Assembly (NCBI GenBank): GCA_051861265.1
Contig: JBHYDA010000013.1
Span: 54,208 to 118,207 of the forward strand
DNA from: Rubrivivax sp.
Lineage (GTDB): Bacteria > Pseudomonadota > Gammaproteobacteria > Burkholderiales > Burkholderiaceae_C
DNA length: 64,000 nt
Direction: 5' to 3'
Shown: piece after piece, positions 62,615 through 64,000 of the stretch
How the letters are laid out: the number at the start of each line of letters is the position of its first letter
Position numbering within the stretch: position 1 is the first letter of the stretch
The notes under the pieces: generated by a model
Told to the model about the DNA's origin: nothing
Database searches by the model: none
The model's input: the letters and a program-made list of their open reading frames with translations, nothing else
Position numbers and translations under genes: made by a program

Positions 62615-64000
62615 TCAGGCGCGGTCGAAGACCGCCATGCTCTCCACGTGCGCCGTGTGCGGGAACATGTTCACCACCCCAGCCAGACTGCAGCGGTAGC
62701 CGCCCTGGTGCACCAGCAGGCCGGCGTCGCGCGCCAGCGTCGCGGGGTTGCAGCTGACGTAAACGATGCGCCGAGGCAGCGCAAAACCGCCTTCGGCATG
62801 CAGATCGGCCACCGCCTTGGCCAGCGCGAAGGCGCCCTCTCGCGGCGGGTCGATGAGCCAGCGCTGCACCGGGCCGGCCGCACGCAGATCGCCCGGTGTG
62901 ATCTCGAAGAGGTTGCGCGCCTCGAAGCGGGTCTTGTGCGCCAGGCCGTTGCGTTGCGCGTTGGCGCGCGCCCGGGCGACCAGCGTTTCGCTGCCTTCGA
63001 TGCCCAGCACACCCGCGGCGCGCGTGGCCAGCGGCAGCGTGAAGTTGCCCAGGCCGCAGAACCAGTCGATGACCTGATCCTCAGGCTGCACATCCAGCAG
63101 CTTCAATGCCCGGTCGACCAGCACGCGGTTGATGTGCGGGTTGACCTGGGTGAAGTCGGTGGGCTTGAAGGGCATCGTGATGCCGTACTCGGGCAGGCGG
63201 TAGGCCAGTTCGGGCCCGCCTTCGTCGAGCAGGTGCACGGTGTCTGGCCCTTTGGGCTGCAGCCACCACTGCACGGCATGCACAGCCGCAAAGTCACGAA
63301 GGCGCTGGGCATCGCCCGGCGTCAGCGGCGCCAGGTTGCGCAGTACCAGCGCTGTCACGGGGCCGTCAGGCCCGTCGCCGGCGGCGAGTTCGATCTGGGG
63401 CATCTGCTCGCGCAGTTCCATGCGGCCGATCAGCGCGCGCAACGGCATCAGCATCGCGCTCACCTTGGGCGGCAGCACCGGGCACACCTGCATGTCGGCC
63501 ACGTAGCGCGATTTGCGCTCGTGGAAACCGATGAGCACCGTGCCCTTCTTGTGCACGTAGCGCACCGACAGGCGCGCACGATCGCGGTAGCCCCAGGCCG
63601 GGCCCTCGATGGGGCGCAGCACTCGCTCGGGCTTCACCTTGGCCAAGTGCCAGAGGTTGTCTTCCAGCACACGCTGCTTCACGGCAACCTGCGCCGCAGG
63701 GTGCAGGTGCTGCATCTTGCAGCCGCCGCAGGCCCCGGCATGCAGGCCGAAGTGCGGGCAGCCCGGGCGCACGCGCTGCGGGCTTTCACGGCCCAGGGCC
63801 GACATCGTGCCCTGCTCCCAGTTGTTCTTCTTGCGCGAGACCTGCACCTGGACGCGCTCGCCCGGCAGCGCGCCTTCGATGAACACGACCTTGCCGTTGC
63901 CGCCGCCCTCGCCTTCTGCGACCTCGGCGCCTTCGGCGACTGCGGGTTTGGGACGGTGGGCAATGCCCTGCGCTTCGAGGTCGAGCGACTCGACCTCGAG
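62615..64000 (-). CDS. rlmD: 23S rRNA m5U1939 methyltransferase (5' end lies outside the window)
   Basis: TRAM domain, CPHF...CGGC Fe-S motif, [31 protein letters not shown]. Confidence 0.95.
   Translation of the reverse strand, partial: LEVESLDLEAQGIAHRPKPAVAEGAEVAEGEGGGNGKVVFIEGALPGERVQVQVSRKKNNWEQGTMSALGRESPQRVRPGCPHFGLHAGACGGCKMQHLHPAAQVAVKQRVLEDNLWHLAKVKPERVLRPIEGPAWGYRDRARLSVRYVHKKGTVLIGFHERKSRYVADMQVCPVLPPKVSAMLMPLRALIGRMELREQMPQIELAAGDGPDGPVTALVLRNLAPLTPGDAQRLRDFAAVHAVQWWLQPKGPDTVHLLDEGGPELAYRLPEYGITMPFKPTDFTQVNPHINRVLVDRALKLLDVQPEDQVIDWFCGLGNFTLPLATRAAGVLGIEGSETLVARARANAQRNGLAHKTRFEARNLFEITPGDLRAAGPVQRWLIDPPREGAFALAKAVADLHAEGGFALPRRIVYVSCNPATLARDAGLLVHQGGYRCSLAGVVNMFPHTAHVESMAVFDRA

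Overview
A high-GC betaproteobacterial chromosome segment, Burkholderiales-like by gene order and protein signatures (Rubrivivax/Ideonella/Methylibium type; this placement is inference). Most of it is core genome: murB, yajQ, ribF-ileS-lspA, dnaX-ybaB-recR, the 4.5S SRP RNA (ffs), trxA-rho-rpmE, pstSCAB-phoU-phoB-phoR, rlmE-ftsH-folP-glmM, carA-carB-greA, and four rRNA-modification genes. The main accessory block (15.4-24.6 kb) is a surface-glycan locus. It carries the complete GDP-D-glycero-alpha-D-manno-heptose pathway (hddA-gmhA-hddC-gmhB), three glycosyltransferases, a SAM methyltransferase and a DUF5672 protein. It is interrupted by an AT-richer insert encoding a secreted tandem B-lectin (LlpA bacteriocin-like) protein between two paralogous GT4 genes. 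Best leads: (1) a 39-codon, apparently leaderless uORF with tandem rare Ile codons and switchable RNA pairings upstream of ileS; (2) the LlpA-like lectin inside the heptose-glycan locus; (3) a 2OG-Fe dioxygenase coupled to a hydroxy-amino-acid dehydratase; (4) a kinase/pseudokinase HDOD pair; (5) back-to-back Pho boxes that would place a fasciclin lipoprotein in the PhoB regulon; (6) an atypical PurM; (7) many genes with leaderless-type promoter architecture. No CRISPR array, tRNA, rRNA or intact transposase was seen. All calls come from reading motifs by eye; no searches were run.
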